Below are positions 1-7,988 of a stretch of DNA of 24,848 nt, in pieces. Below the pieces are notes generated by a model. That model was not told where the DNA came from. It saw only the letters and a list, made by a program, of their open reading frames with translations, and did no database searches. The stretch covers positions 1 through 24,848 of the IMG/VR virus record IMGVR_UViG_3300039208_000022; one strand, 5' to 3'. Source of the DNA: a virus. Its lineage: Duplodnaviria; Caudoviricetes. Both the position numbers and the translations under genes were made by a program. The stretch's first letter is position 1, and each line of letters starts with the position of its first letter.

Positions 1-17
1 GTTTCCCAGTCACGATC
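1..17 (+). other. Random-amplification (SISPA-type) primer, technical artefact
   Basis: GTTTCCCAGTCACGATC at base 1; its exact reverse complement ends the window; this is the M13-derived tag used in random RT-PCR/SISPA protocols. Confidence 0.93.
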
Positions 18-34
18 GATATGCTTTATGGATC

Positions 35-1882
35 GTGACACTACAACAAACCATACGCAATGGTTATGTAAACAAAGCAGCACTCAGTACAGCAATGCGC
101 AACTGGGCTAAAGAGGAAATCAACGCTACATGGTCTAAGGAGAACACTGACAAGATAGCAATGACGTACATTGACGAACTAGTCAAACTCAACATAATAA
201 ACAAGAAAATGGTTGACATTGAGTTCAAACAAAATGGGCAAGTTCTTGTAAACAGAGCAGCAACGCTCACTAAAGCATTTGTGACTAAGCGTGACAAGTT
301 AATACGTGACATGTGGCACAAGGCTCCAATGAAGTGTAAACCAATGCAAAACAAGCCACGTAACTGGAATAACATGTGGGATGGTATTGGACCTGATGCA
401 AACATTTGCTTAATCAAGAACGCTAGATCAGAAGCAAAGGTATCACCTAACGTATTATCAGCAGTAAACAAGTTACAAGGTGTACGATTCACTGTACCTG
501 AGTGTATCATTGAGACTGCATACGAGTACATATGCAATGAAGCACACTATGCACCAAAGAAAGAAGGTAAGACTGATGCAGAGTACGCTTCAAAGATGGC
601 ACAGTACAAAGATCATATACGTATGTGTGAAGAGTTAATGGAGCTTGAGGAGTTCTCATTCTACTTTCCAGTAACAATGGATCAACGTGGACGCATGTAC
701 TACAGAGGTGGACTTGTATCACCACAGGGTACAGACTTATGTAAAGCAGCATTCCAATTCAAAGACTCTATGCCACTTGGTGAAAATGGACTTGAAGCTA
801 TACTAATACATACTGCTAACGTACTTGGTGAAGATAAACTTTCATACAACGAGCGTTACAACTACGCATTATCACAGTATAACACACTGCTTACAATGGA
901 GACTCACCTAGATATCAAAAAGACATATCCACGTGCAGACCATTACCAAGCACTAGTCGCCGCTAAAGAATTACAGAAACTTGACGCATGGTTAAGTGAA
1001 GATAAGTCAGAGAAAGACTTTCCATCAACACTTGTATGTCATCAAGACGGTACATGTAACGGACTGCAACACATGGCCGCACTAACTAAGAACAGACAAA
1101 CAGCAATAACCGTAAATTGTACAGGCTCAACCAAGAATGACACGCCTCACGATATTTATGGAATTATCGCCGTTGCTGCTTCTGAGTTAGCCTCAGGCAA
1201 AGCAAAAGATTTAATCCAGCAATTCGGTAGGGCAATGGCGAAAAAGCCTGTCATGGTCACTGGGTACGGTGCTGGGGTGGCTACTGTTTGTCGTGGTGTC
1301 GCTGAGTTCTTAACCTCAAAGGGTGAGAAGGTAACACACGCACAAGCAATAGGAGAAGCATACTGTAAAGCAATAGACAAACATGCTGAAGCAGTACGTA
1401 CATTCACTAACTCGGTTGTACGCATGTTAACTAAAGCATACAAGAGTGGTGAAACAATCGGTGGAGTAACTTGGACTACAGCTGACGGATTTGTAGCACA
1501 CACCGAGTACATGGACATAGAAACAGCGAGAATACGCGGCAAGAACTACAACGCTACGTGTATGGAACTAGGCAAACCAGTTGAAGACGATGTAAAGACT
1601 GTATACGCCATGGCTCCTAACTTCGTTCATTCAATAGACGCAACACACCTACGAATGGTTATTAACGCATGTAACCATGATTTAGTGACAGTACATGACT
1701 CAATAGGGTCACACGCTGGATCTTATCACAAAACTGCAAAAGAGATACGCAAACAATTCGTAGAAGTGCACGAGTACAACGCAATGGAGAATTTGTGTCA
1801 AAACATACAACAACGAACGCCTCGATTCATAGGTGACTATGATGCTAAAGAGGCATTACAGTCAACATACATCTTCAGTTAA
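35..1882 (+). CDS. T7-type single-subunit RNA polymerase 1 (early position), probably 5'-truncated
   Basis: DQRGRMY, SPQG, motif A HQDGTCNGLQH, motif B RAMAKKPVMVTGYG, APNFVHSID, motif C VHDSIG, C-terminal YIFS (T7 FAFA). The frame is open back to the primer and no RBS precedes GTG35. Confidence 0.95.
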   Translation: MTLQQTIRNGYVNKAALSTAMRNWAKEEINATWSKENTDKIAMTYIDELVKLNIINKKMVDIEFKQNGQVLVNRAATLTKAFVTKRDKLIRDMWHKAPMKCKPMQNKPRNWNNMWDGIGPDANICLIKNARSEAKVSPNVLSAVNKLQGVRFTVPECIIETAYEYICNEAHYAPKKEGKTDAEYASKMAQYKDHIRMCEELMELEEFSFYFPVTMDQRGRMYYRGGLVSPQGTDLCKAAFQFKDSMPLGENGLEAILIHTANVLGEDKLSYNERYNYALSQYNTLLTMETHLDIKKTYPRADHYQALVAAKELQKLDAWLSEDKSEKDFPSTLVCHQDGTCNGLQHMAALTKNRQTAITVNCTGSTKNDTPHDIYGIIAVAASELASGKAKDLIQQFGRAMAKKPVMVTGYGAGVATVCRGVAEFLTSKGEKVTHAQAIGEAYCKAIDKHAEAVRTFTNSVVRMLTKAYKSGETIGGVTWTTADGFVAHTEYMDIETARIRGKNYNATCMELGKPVEDDVKTVYAMAPNFVHSIDATHLRMVINACNHDLVTVHDSIGSHAGSYHKTAKEIRKQFVEVHEYNAMENLCQNIQQRTPRFIGDYDAKEALQSTYIFS

Positions 1883-1902
1883 GAAGACAAGAGGAAGTAA
1901 CG

Positions 1903-2139
1903 ATGGATAGGAAACTACTAGGAACGCAGTTTGTACATCAAGACTTTAACCCAGAAGAAGTACCAACCGCAACTGTGTGTCTTGTGTTTAGTAACATGCA
2001 GAACTCAGAAGACTTACAAAATGCTGGAACATCATCTGTGGTAAACATAGATCTTGAACTGTTCAGTAGCGCCCGTAAGATAGCACAGGACTTGCGTAAA
2101 CTTGCTGACTTAATTGAGGAGCAAGAAGTAGGAGCATAG
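1903..2139 (+). CDS. Hypothetical early protein
   Basis: GAGG RBS upstream; packs between neighbouring genes. Confidence 0.75.
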   Translation: MDRKLLGTQFVHQDFNPEEVPTATVCLVFSNMQNSEDLQNAGTSSVVNIDLELFSSARKIAQDLRKLADLIEEQEVGA

Positions 2140-2143
2140 AAAT

Positions 2144-2242
2144 ATGCGTAGGGATGAAGAAGACCGCAAAAACACATTTAACTCAGTAGTCATGTTTATA
2201 CTTGTCATAGGCATGATTGCAATAGCATGGATAATATTGTAG
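2144..2242 (+). CDS. 32-aa membrane peptide (not in ORF track)
   Basis: AGGAG RBS; MRRDEEDRKNTFNSVVMFILVIGMIAIAWIIL has one hydrophobic helix; fills the gap between neighbours. Confidence 0.6.
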   Translation: MRRDEEDRKNTFNSVVMFILVIGMIAIAWIIL

Positions 2243-2250
2243 GTAATACT

Positions 2251-2466
2251 ATGAGTAATGCAGCAAAAGAAACAATTGAAACGATTATGGAAGCGTGTGA
2301 AAACGACCCGTCAATCGTAATGGATGAAGTACATAACACAGGTATTTGTCTGAGTTGTGGAGCAACCAAGGAAGACGTAGAACCAGATGCACAGGGCTAC
2401 ACATGTGATGTATGTGGAGAAAACACTGTAGATGGTTTCGAGATGGCAGTGATCAAGGTACTATAA
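2251..2466 (+). CDS. Small acidic zinc-ribbon protein
   Basis: CLSC...CDVC pairs; start moved to ATG2251 after AGGT RBS. Confidence 0.75.
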   Translation: MSNAAKETIETIMEACENDPSIVMDEVHNTGICLSCGATKEDVEPDAQGYTCDVCGENTVDGFEMAVIKVL

Positions 2467-2492
2467 CTTAACTAAACTTAAAGGGTAACAAG

Positions 2493-2756
2493 ATGAAAAA
2501 GAAAACAGTCACGCCGACTGAGATGGCATTACGTATGATGTCACGTAAAAGACGTCACACAGTAACAGGTAAAACTGTTGAAGTTGGATTCAGATTCGAA
2601 GATGGAGAGCGTAAACCAGCTCGACCACGATTATTTGAAGTTGAACGTGTATTAACTGAGCCTGGACATGAGACACGAGTACAGACGATCTCAGGTGATA
2701 TCTTCACTGTAATCCCAAGCAAGTCAAACGATGCTACGTATTTCGCAATAGCATAA
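2493..2756 (+). CDS. Hypothetical basic protein
   Basis: AAGGGT RBS with A/T-rich leader. Confidence 0.75.
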   Translation: MKKKTVTPTEMALRMMSRKRRHTVTGKTVEVGFRFEDGERKPARPRLFEVERVLTEPGHETRVQTISGDIFTVIPSKSNDATYFAIA

Positions 2757-2768
2757 ACAGCACAAACA

Positions 2769-3077
2769 TTGGCAAAGACTATGAAAAGACAAGCAAACCT
2801 AACATGGGTTAGAGTGTCATGGGTAGTGTGTGCAGTTGTACTGCTACTCGCAATGAGTCTTGATGTAAAAGGCAAAGACATTCACGAGAACCCAGTGGAG
2901 AAACTGGAGTTACCTAAACCCACGCGTAAAGTGTATCAACTGTTCGTAACTATTGACGGACAAAGATGTGGTGCACTTGCTACAACTGAGTATAACATTA
3001 CATACTGGGTTGTAACGTGTGGTCACCGAGTATGGAGATACGTAGAAGATGAAAAGGGTGAGATACTCAAACTTTAA
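2769..3077 (+). CDS. Hypothetical protein with N-terminal signal/TM segment
   Basis: WVVCAVVLLLAMSL hydrophobic stretch; start may be ATG2781. Confidence 0.65.
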   Translation: MAKTMKRQANLTWVRVSWVVCAVVLLLAMSLDVKGKDIHENPVEKLELPKPTRKVYQLFVTIDGQRCGALATTEYNITYWVVTCGHRVWRYVEDEKGEILKL

Positions 3078-3327
3078 ACTTCATGCAATTCAATCAGACC
3101 ACATAGGAAGATGGTATAGGGCTGAAGTAACAGTCAGGAAAGAACGCTGGTTTAGACCAGACTTAACACGTAAAGAGTACATAACTAAACGTGAAGGACA
3201 ATGCTGGAAGACTTCAGCAGGTATAATAGTTAATTGTGAACTCTTACATAACCTAGTAACTAAATTCGAAGCATATGAAGGTAAGTTACTATCACAGATG
3301 AAGGTAGGAGTGTATGCAAGAGGGTGA
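3049..3327 (+). CDS. Hypothetical protein
   Basis: Overlapping gene packing on the + strand. Confidence 0.65.
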   Translation: MKRVRYSNFKLHAIQSDHIGRWYRAEVTVRKERWFRPDLTRKEYITKREGQCWKTSAGIIVNCELLHNLVTKFEAYEGKLLSQMKVGVYARG

Positions 3328-3607
3328 AGACTTATTCGAACAACTTGCTAATGAAGTGTTCATCAAGAGACAGCAATACTTCAAGAAACACCAGAGGGCA
3401 CCAGAGTTATTCGTGTACGTGACGTTTGAGATGTTTGCACGTTTAGTATCAGCGAGTGGTGAAGTGAACAGTTCATACATGGAGTTAATAAACCATCAAC
3501 GTGTACTAGGTTGTCACATATACCGTGTTGATAAGGACAAAATAATGACTTCCCATCATGACCAGGAAACAAACATACACCCACCGTGGAGAATTGTATA
3601 TGGCTAA
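3314..3607 (+). CDS. Hypothetical protein
   Basis: AGGAG RBS; overlaps neighbours. Confidence 0.75.
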   Translation: MQEGEDLFEQLANEVFIKRQQYFKKHQRAPELFVYVTFEMFARLVSASGEVNSSYMELINHQRVLGCHIYRVDKDKIMTSHHDQETNIHPPWRIVYG

Positions 3608-4001
3608 GTGGAAACTAAGCAGAACAAGTGCACATGTAGTTGCAGGTGTACATGAGAAGTTACAAAAGATCAGTGAGAGGGCACTAGAGATCTCACCAAT
3701 GGACTTTGGATACCCACGTGATGGTGGACTACGCACAAGCGTGGATCAACGTGACTTATATGATCGTGGACTGTCTAAACTTGACGGCACTAACAAGAAG
3801 TCAAAACATCAAACAGGTCGAGCACTAGATGTGTTCGCATTCATAAATGGTCAAGCGTCATGGGATAAACCACATTTAGCTGTAGTGGTAATGGCTCATA
3901 TGCAAGCAGCTAACGAACTAGGTATTAGATTGAAGTCTGCATTGTTATGGGAGAACATGACTGACTGGCCGCATATGGAGTTACATGACTCAGAGGAGTA
4001 A
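3600..4001 (+). CDS. Endolysin, M15 family L-alanyl-D-glutamate peptidase-like
   Basis: KLSRTS...GVH N-terminus, GLRT..DQ..LY, SKHQTGRALD and DWPHMEL zinc-peptidase motifs; start ATG3600 after GGAG. Confidence 0.88.
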   Translation: MAKWKLSRTSAHVVAGVHEKLQKISERALEISPMDFGYPRDGGLRTSVDQRDLYDRGLSKLDGTNKKSKHQTGRALDVFAFINGQASWDKPHLAVVVMAHMQAANELGIRLKSALLWENMTDWPHMELHDSEE

Positions 4002-4003
4002 AG

Positions 4004-4246
4004 ATGTCTCAGGAACCCGCTTTAATTAGCATATCATATGGTCAACGTGTCAATCTGACTGGGCAGTGTACTGAAGAAAACATACAGTTCATACTAGATG
4101 ATTGGTTAGGTAACCACAAAGAAGTAAACATGACATTTAAAAGTGACATGAGTGCAGTTGAAGTAGTAGAAACTATGAGAAAAGCAATCATGTACATTGA
4201 AGCTCAGACCGGGTGTAGTGATTACTCCGTATCAAAGGAGTGTTAA
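4004..4246 (+). CDS. Hypothetical protein
   Basis: GAGGAG RBS. Confidence 0.75.
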   Translation: MSQEPALISISYGQRVNLTGQCTEENIQFILDDWLGNHKEVNMTFKSDMSAVEVVETMRKAIMYIEAQTGCSDYSVSKEC

Positions 4247-4247
4247 C

Positions 4248-4463
4248 ATGGCAGAGTTAGACATGTTGGTCACTACCTTGGCTACAGAGTTATGTGATGC
4301 ATACAGAGCAGATGAGCAGATAACTGGTATTGACATTTCTGCTGGACTTTATGGGACATGTACAAATGAATGGATACGTGATGTAGCTAATACAATCATG
4401 ATATTACAAAACAGGATAAAGGAGTTAGAAGATGAAGTTTCTAAACCTAATACCCTCCATTAG
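4248..4463 (+). CDS. Hypothetical protein
   Basis: AAGGAG RBS before ATG4248. Confidence 0.7.
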   Translation: MAELDMLVTTLATELCDAYRADEQITGIDISAGLYGTCTNEWIRDVANTIMILQNRIKELEDEVSKPNTLH

Positions 4464-4818
4464 CAACTACTTTACTAAGCGTGAAGAGCGTAAACAAGCT
4501 AAAGAGACAGCTCAAGCTAAACTCAGACTAGCTCGTGAATCAAACGATCAACAAATCCAACTCTCCGAATCAGAGTGGGAAGCAATGTCATTAGAGAGCG
4601 GCGGAGAGTCCTGGAAAGATGAGTACGTAACAGTAGTTATCACACTGTGGTTACCAGTATTATTGGTAGGTTGTGTATTTAACAGTGAACAGATCATTAC
4701 AGGCGTAGTAAACTGTTTACATATGGCTACTGAAGCTGGTATTAACATGGGTAAGATGACTGAAGTTGTAGTATACGCAGCTGTAGGTATCAAAGCAGTC
4801 AAAGGACTACGGAGATGA
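4432..4818 (+). CDS. Holin-like membrane protein (3TM / GTA-holin type)
   Basis: N-terminal coiled region, EWE...SWKDEY motif, then TM helices and a basic C-terminus; AAGGAG RBS. Confidence 0.7.
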   Translation: MKFLNLIPSISNYFTKREERKQAKETAQAKLRLARESNDQQIQLSESEWEAMSLESGGESWKDEYVTVVITLWLPVLLVGCVFNSEQIITGVVNCLHMATEAGINMGKMTEVVVYAAVGIKAVKGLRR

Positions 4819-5021
4819 TAGGATCAACAGCAGCAATACCTGTACTTAGTGAGTTAGCAAAGATACAAACAGATAAAGTACGTCGAATAGTAAGAGCAGG
4901 ACGGGACTTAGGGAAACTTGGTGCAAAGTACAGTTGCCTGTACAAACTAGGTACAGATGAAGAGTTATGGTTCCATGACGGATACTGCAAAGGTTACACG
5001 GAGTACTTATGCAGACACTAG
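4815..5021 (+). CDS. Hypothetical protein
   Basis: ATGA overlap with the holin stop. Confidence 0.55.
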   Translation: MIGSTAAIPVLSELAKIQTDKVRRIVRAGRDLGKLGAKYSCLYKLGTDEELWFHDGYCKGYTEYLCRH

Positions 5022-5191
5022 ACCAATTAATCGAAGAGCTACAGCTGTGGAGAGACAGTACAGTAGAAGGCGGAGCACGCGTAGTGCTACAGGTCAACAA
5101 TTACGTGTCTGTAAACATATGTATCACATACCACGGAGAACCAGGTAATCAAGTATTGGTGTTAAACAATGGCACTCCTGAGCAGGCGTAA
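5009..5191 (+). CDS. Hypothetical protein
   Basis: GGAG RBS. Confidence 0.65.
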   Translation: MQTLDQLIEELQLWRDSTVEGGARVVLQVNNYVSVNICITYHGEPGNQVLVLNNGTPEQA

Positions 5192-5192
5192 A

Positions 5193-5360
5193 ATGGACAT
5201 TGACTCTATTGAGGCTCTCGAAAGAGAAGCAGAGCAGCAAGTACACGAAACATTAAGAGAGTACCAACTTAGACTAGTTCAAGCAGGATTAGATGAGAAT
5301 GGTAACAGGTTCAAGATGTTAACACACAAATGGCAAGTGTACAAAAATGGGATTAATTAA
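5193..5360 (+). CDS. Hypothetical protein
   Basis: ATG5193 directly follows the upstream stop; helical acidic sequence. Confidence 0.6.
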   Translation: MDIDSIEALEREAEQQVHETLREYQLRLVQAGLDENGNRFKMLTHKWQVYKNGIN

Positions 5361-5742
5361 CAATCGTAAGGGTATCGGAGGACGTAAAGCAGTAGCATTA
5401 GACAACCCTTTTATCGAACATGAAGATGGCGAAAAGTATAACTTGTTGGACCACGAAGAAATTCTGTCAAACCAGTCACTAGAGGATTTAATAGTAGGCT
5501 GTATCAGTGCATTCACAGCTGAGAAACACGGATTTACTAAGCCATTTGTAGACAAGAACAAACTGATAAGCGTATACAGGGATGTAGACCCTATCACAAG
5601 ACAAAACATACAAGATCATTTGGAGTGTAGTCTTTCACAAGCAAAAAGATATATCCAGGTGATCAAGCTAACAAATGTATTCCTCATACGATGGGTACAG
5701 AACTTTGAACAACTACCAAAAGGTTATATAGATGGACTATAA
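5347..5742 (+). CDS. Hypothetical protein, possible C-terminal helix-turn-helix
   Basis: ITRQNIQDHLECSLSQAKRYIQVI fits an HTH pattern by eye. Confidence 0.6.
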   Translation: MGLINNRKGIGGRKAVALDNPFIEHEDGEKYNLLDHEEILSNQSLEDLIVGCISAFTAEKHGFTKPFVDKNKLISVYRDVDPITRQNIQDHLECSLSQAKRYIQVIKLTNVFLIRWVQNFEQLPKGYIDGL

Positions 5743-6307
5743 AACGTTCTATAAAAACGTTACAGACTGGGGTGACATTCGTGGAATGTACCAAGAGTCA
5801 GATGCAGTAAACCAAGCAGCGAAGGCACTTGAAGAAGTAGGTGAGTTCCTAGTTGCTGAACAAGACAAGAAACTTGCGATAACTGATACACAGTTAGAAA
5901 CCGCAATAGGAGATTTGAAGGATGCGATTGGTGACACTGTTGTTTGCCTTATACATGCGTTTAACTTCGTTAATCTATACGAGCAACACGGGTACATGGA
6001 AGATGGTGTACTCAAAAATGTATTCAATCCAGACAAGAATCACCAAAGACCACCACAGATCACGATTATGTTGGCATCAAGCCTCATATGCGGTGGTCAC
6101 TATGGATCAGCAATAACCATTATGACATACATTGCAGAAGGTCTAGGTTATCCCATTGAAGAGTGTTACCAGAAAGCATGGGATGCTATCAAAGACCGTA
6201 AAGGCATGTTCATTAACAAGAAGTATGTTAAATGGGACAACCTTAATCCCTCGCAACGACAAGAGTTATCCGAGCGCTTAGAGGGCCACATTAAACTCAA
6301 TTCATAG
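5732..6307 (+). CDS. MazG-like nucleotide pyrophosphohydrolase
   Basis: WGDIRG...KALEEVGEF...KDAIGDTVV and IEECYQKAWDAIKDRKG, typical of phage MazG-like proteins. Confidence 0.82.
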   Translation: MDYKTFYKNVTDWGDIRGMYQESDAVNQAAKALEEVGEFLVAEQDKKLAITDTQLETAIGDLKDAIGDTVVCLIHAFNFVNLYEQHGYMEDGVLKNVFNPDKNHQRPPQITIMLASSLICGGHYGSAITIMTYIAEGLGYPIEECYQKAWDAIKDRKGMFINKKYVKWDNLNPSQRQELSERLEGHIKLNS

Positions 6308-6315
6308 GTGAAACT

Positions 6316-6570
6316 ATGGGAAATGGAATATCGAGATACGAGATACAAGAGGGTAGAACTGACTACCAATTTTCTAACATTACTGAAACAGGTATACCCG
6401 ATGCTGCTCATGACAGCAGTCTACCCGGTGGTCAATCTACGTCAAGTAGTAGTGCAGCTAGTTCGTTTAGTAACTGGCGTAGTAAAATTAATAAACAAAC
6501 TCGTATACTTCGGAGACACAGTTTAAAACCTGATTTCTCAAACTTACACGGAGTATTTAACCCGATTTAA
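6316..6570 (+). CDS. Hypothetical Ser-rich protein
   Basis: AGGTG RBS; low-complexity middle, basic C-terminus. Confidence 0.5.
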   Translation: MGNGISRYEIQEGRTDYQFSNITETGIPDAAHDSSLPGGQSTSSSSAASSFSNWRSKINKQTRILRRHSLKPDFSNLHGVFNPI

Positions 6571-6613
6571 CTTATACAAACTTATTTGTAACGAAGTAGT
6601 TTACAAGAGCACA

Positions 6614-6674
6614 TCAGTGGATTAAACTAGTCTCATGAACTCGAAAGAGGGGTGAACGTAGTCTGAGCCACTGA
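6614..6674 (+). promoter_or_regulatory. Long imperfect stem-loop in a 190-nt intergenic leader (RNase III-like site or ncRNA)
   Basis: TCAGTGG/CCACTGA base stem, ACTA/TAGT inner stem, CTC-GAAA-GAG apical tetraloop. Confidence 0.5.
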
Positions 6675-6762
6675 CCAGCCAGATACAAAGTTGACTACTA
6701 GTAACAAAGGGTATTAACTGAGTCTAACCCAACTCAATCAACTTAAATTATTGGAGACTTAT

Positions 6763-7221
6763 ATGTCTAAACTCGCAGCACTAGCCGCATATGCACAAGC
6801 CGCACGTACTGGTGGCGCTAACCGTACCCCTGTTTACGAATTAACTGTTGAAGCCGCACGAAGCCGTGTAGTCATCAAAGATTCTAACAAGCAAAAAGCT
6901 GAAGATGGGTCGCAAGCACTATCACTATACTTGAACGGCAAAGGTTTGATGTCACTAGACGCTATTCAGCCAGGTGCATCACGCATCGTAGCTAAAGCTG
7001 ACCAAGTACAAGAATTTACACAGATCTTGGAAGAAGGCGTTAACAACGGTGACTTCGATAAAGCAATCGAAGAAGCTCAAGCGAAAGCTAAAGCAGCCGC
7101 AGAGAAATCAGCAGCAGCTAAGGCAGCAAACGCAGCCAAAGGTCTAGAAGGTTTGAACGAACCAACTGGCGAAAGTGGCGTACCTGAAGTTGACCTAAGT
7201 GCATTAGATCAAGTTGGCTAA
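6763..7221 (+). CDS. Ala/Lys-rich hypothetical protein, probably highly expressed
   Basis: GGAG RBS with AACTTAA enhancer; strongly biased codons (CGT, GGT/GGC, AAC, GCA/GCT); followed by its own terminator. Confidence 0.85.
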   Translation: MSKLAALAAYAQAARTGGANRTPVYELTVEAARSRVVIKDSNKQKAEDGSQALSLYLNGKGLMSLDAIQPGASRIVAKADQVQEFTQILEEGVNNGDFDKAIEEAQAKAKAAAEKSAAAKAANAAKGLEGLNEPTGESGVPEVDLSALDQVG

Positions 7222-7252
7222 TCACTCACATTAAACTTTAGAAACTTCGAAG

Positions 7253-7276
7253 ACCCGGCTATATGCCGGGTTTTTT
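7253..7276 (+). terminator. Rho-independent terminator
   Basis: ACCCGGC-TATAT-GCCGGGT followed by a T run. Confidence 0.88.
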
Positions 7277-7296
7277 GTCGTTTGGGGAAATGAAAA

Positions 7297-7881
7297 ATGG
7301 AAATAACAAGAACATTAGATACAGCACACAGTGTAATGGACTGCTTAGATGACAGTCACATAGACTACATAATCGCAGGTGGCTACAGTCGTGACATGAC
7401 TATGCAACATACACCGAAAGACTTAGATATCATAGTATACAACCTACGAGGAAACTATAAGTCATTCGAGTATGCAATACAACGAATGCAATTTGAGTTC
7501 GATGTAGAAGTGTCGTTGATTGAACAAAGACAAGAATACTTGGATGACTGGCGTGTAAACAAAGTATACACAGTACAAGACAATATCGACATAATCGTGT
7601 GGACAGAAGAATATACTACACCATTACACGTAATCGCTGACTTTGATTTCAATTTTAATCAATACAGCACAACCTGGATAAACCAGAAAGAAACACACAG
7701 GTTTCATGGATTCGAAGAAGGTACACTAAGGATGATAAGGAACAAAGAGGAAGTTCCAGACCACCGATGGTTGAACATGATCCTAAAAGCAAAAGACCGA
7801 GGATGGAATGTCAAAGAAGAAGAAGACAAATACAATCGACACATCAAACGATTACAAGAGCAAGAACCTCAACCATTTTGA
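7297..7881 (+). CDS. Nucleotidyltransferase, CCA-adding/poly(A) polymerase head-domain-like
   Basis: IIAGGYSRD...KDLDI catalytic motif, third acidic residue in IDII, and DFDFNFNQ matching RRDFTIN. Confidence 0.8.
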   Translation: MEITRTLDTAHSVMDCLDDSHIDYIIAGGYSRDMTMQHTPKDLDIIVYNLRGNYKSFEYAIQRMQFEFDVEVSLIEQRQEYLDDWRVNKVYTVQDNIDIIVWTEEYTTPLHVIADFDFNFNQYSTTWINQKETHRFHGFEEGTLRMIRNKEEVPDHRWLNMILKAKDRGWNVKEEEDKYNRHIKRLQEQEPQPF

Positions 7882-7988
7882 TGAGGTAGAGGTAGGAAAC
7901 AAAGTAAAGGAAATACGCGATATCGAAGATAGTGCAGGAGCTATGGACACTATCCAATACATGCATATTACACAAGGTAAAGAAAAGC

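Noticed and set aside
31-39. GATCGTGAC, a 9-nt match to the primer's reverse complement
   Set aside because: Either chance or amplification-related; it makes bases 1-40 and the GTG35 start unreliable, but it is not a biological signal
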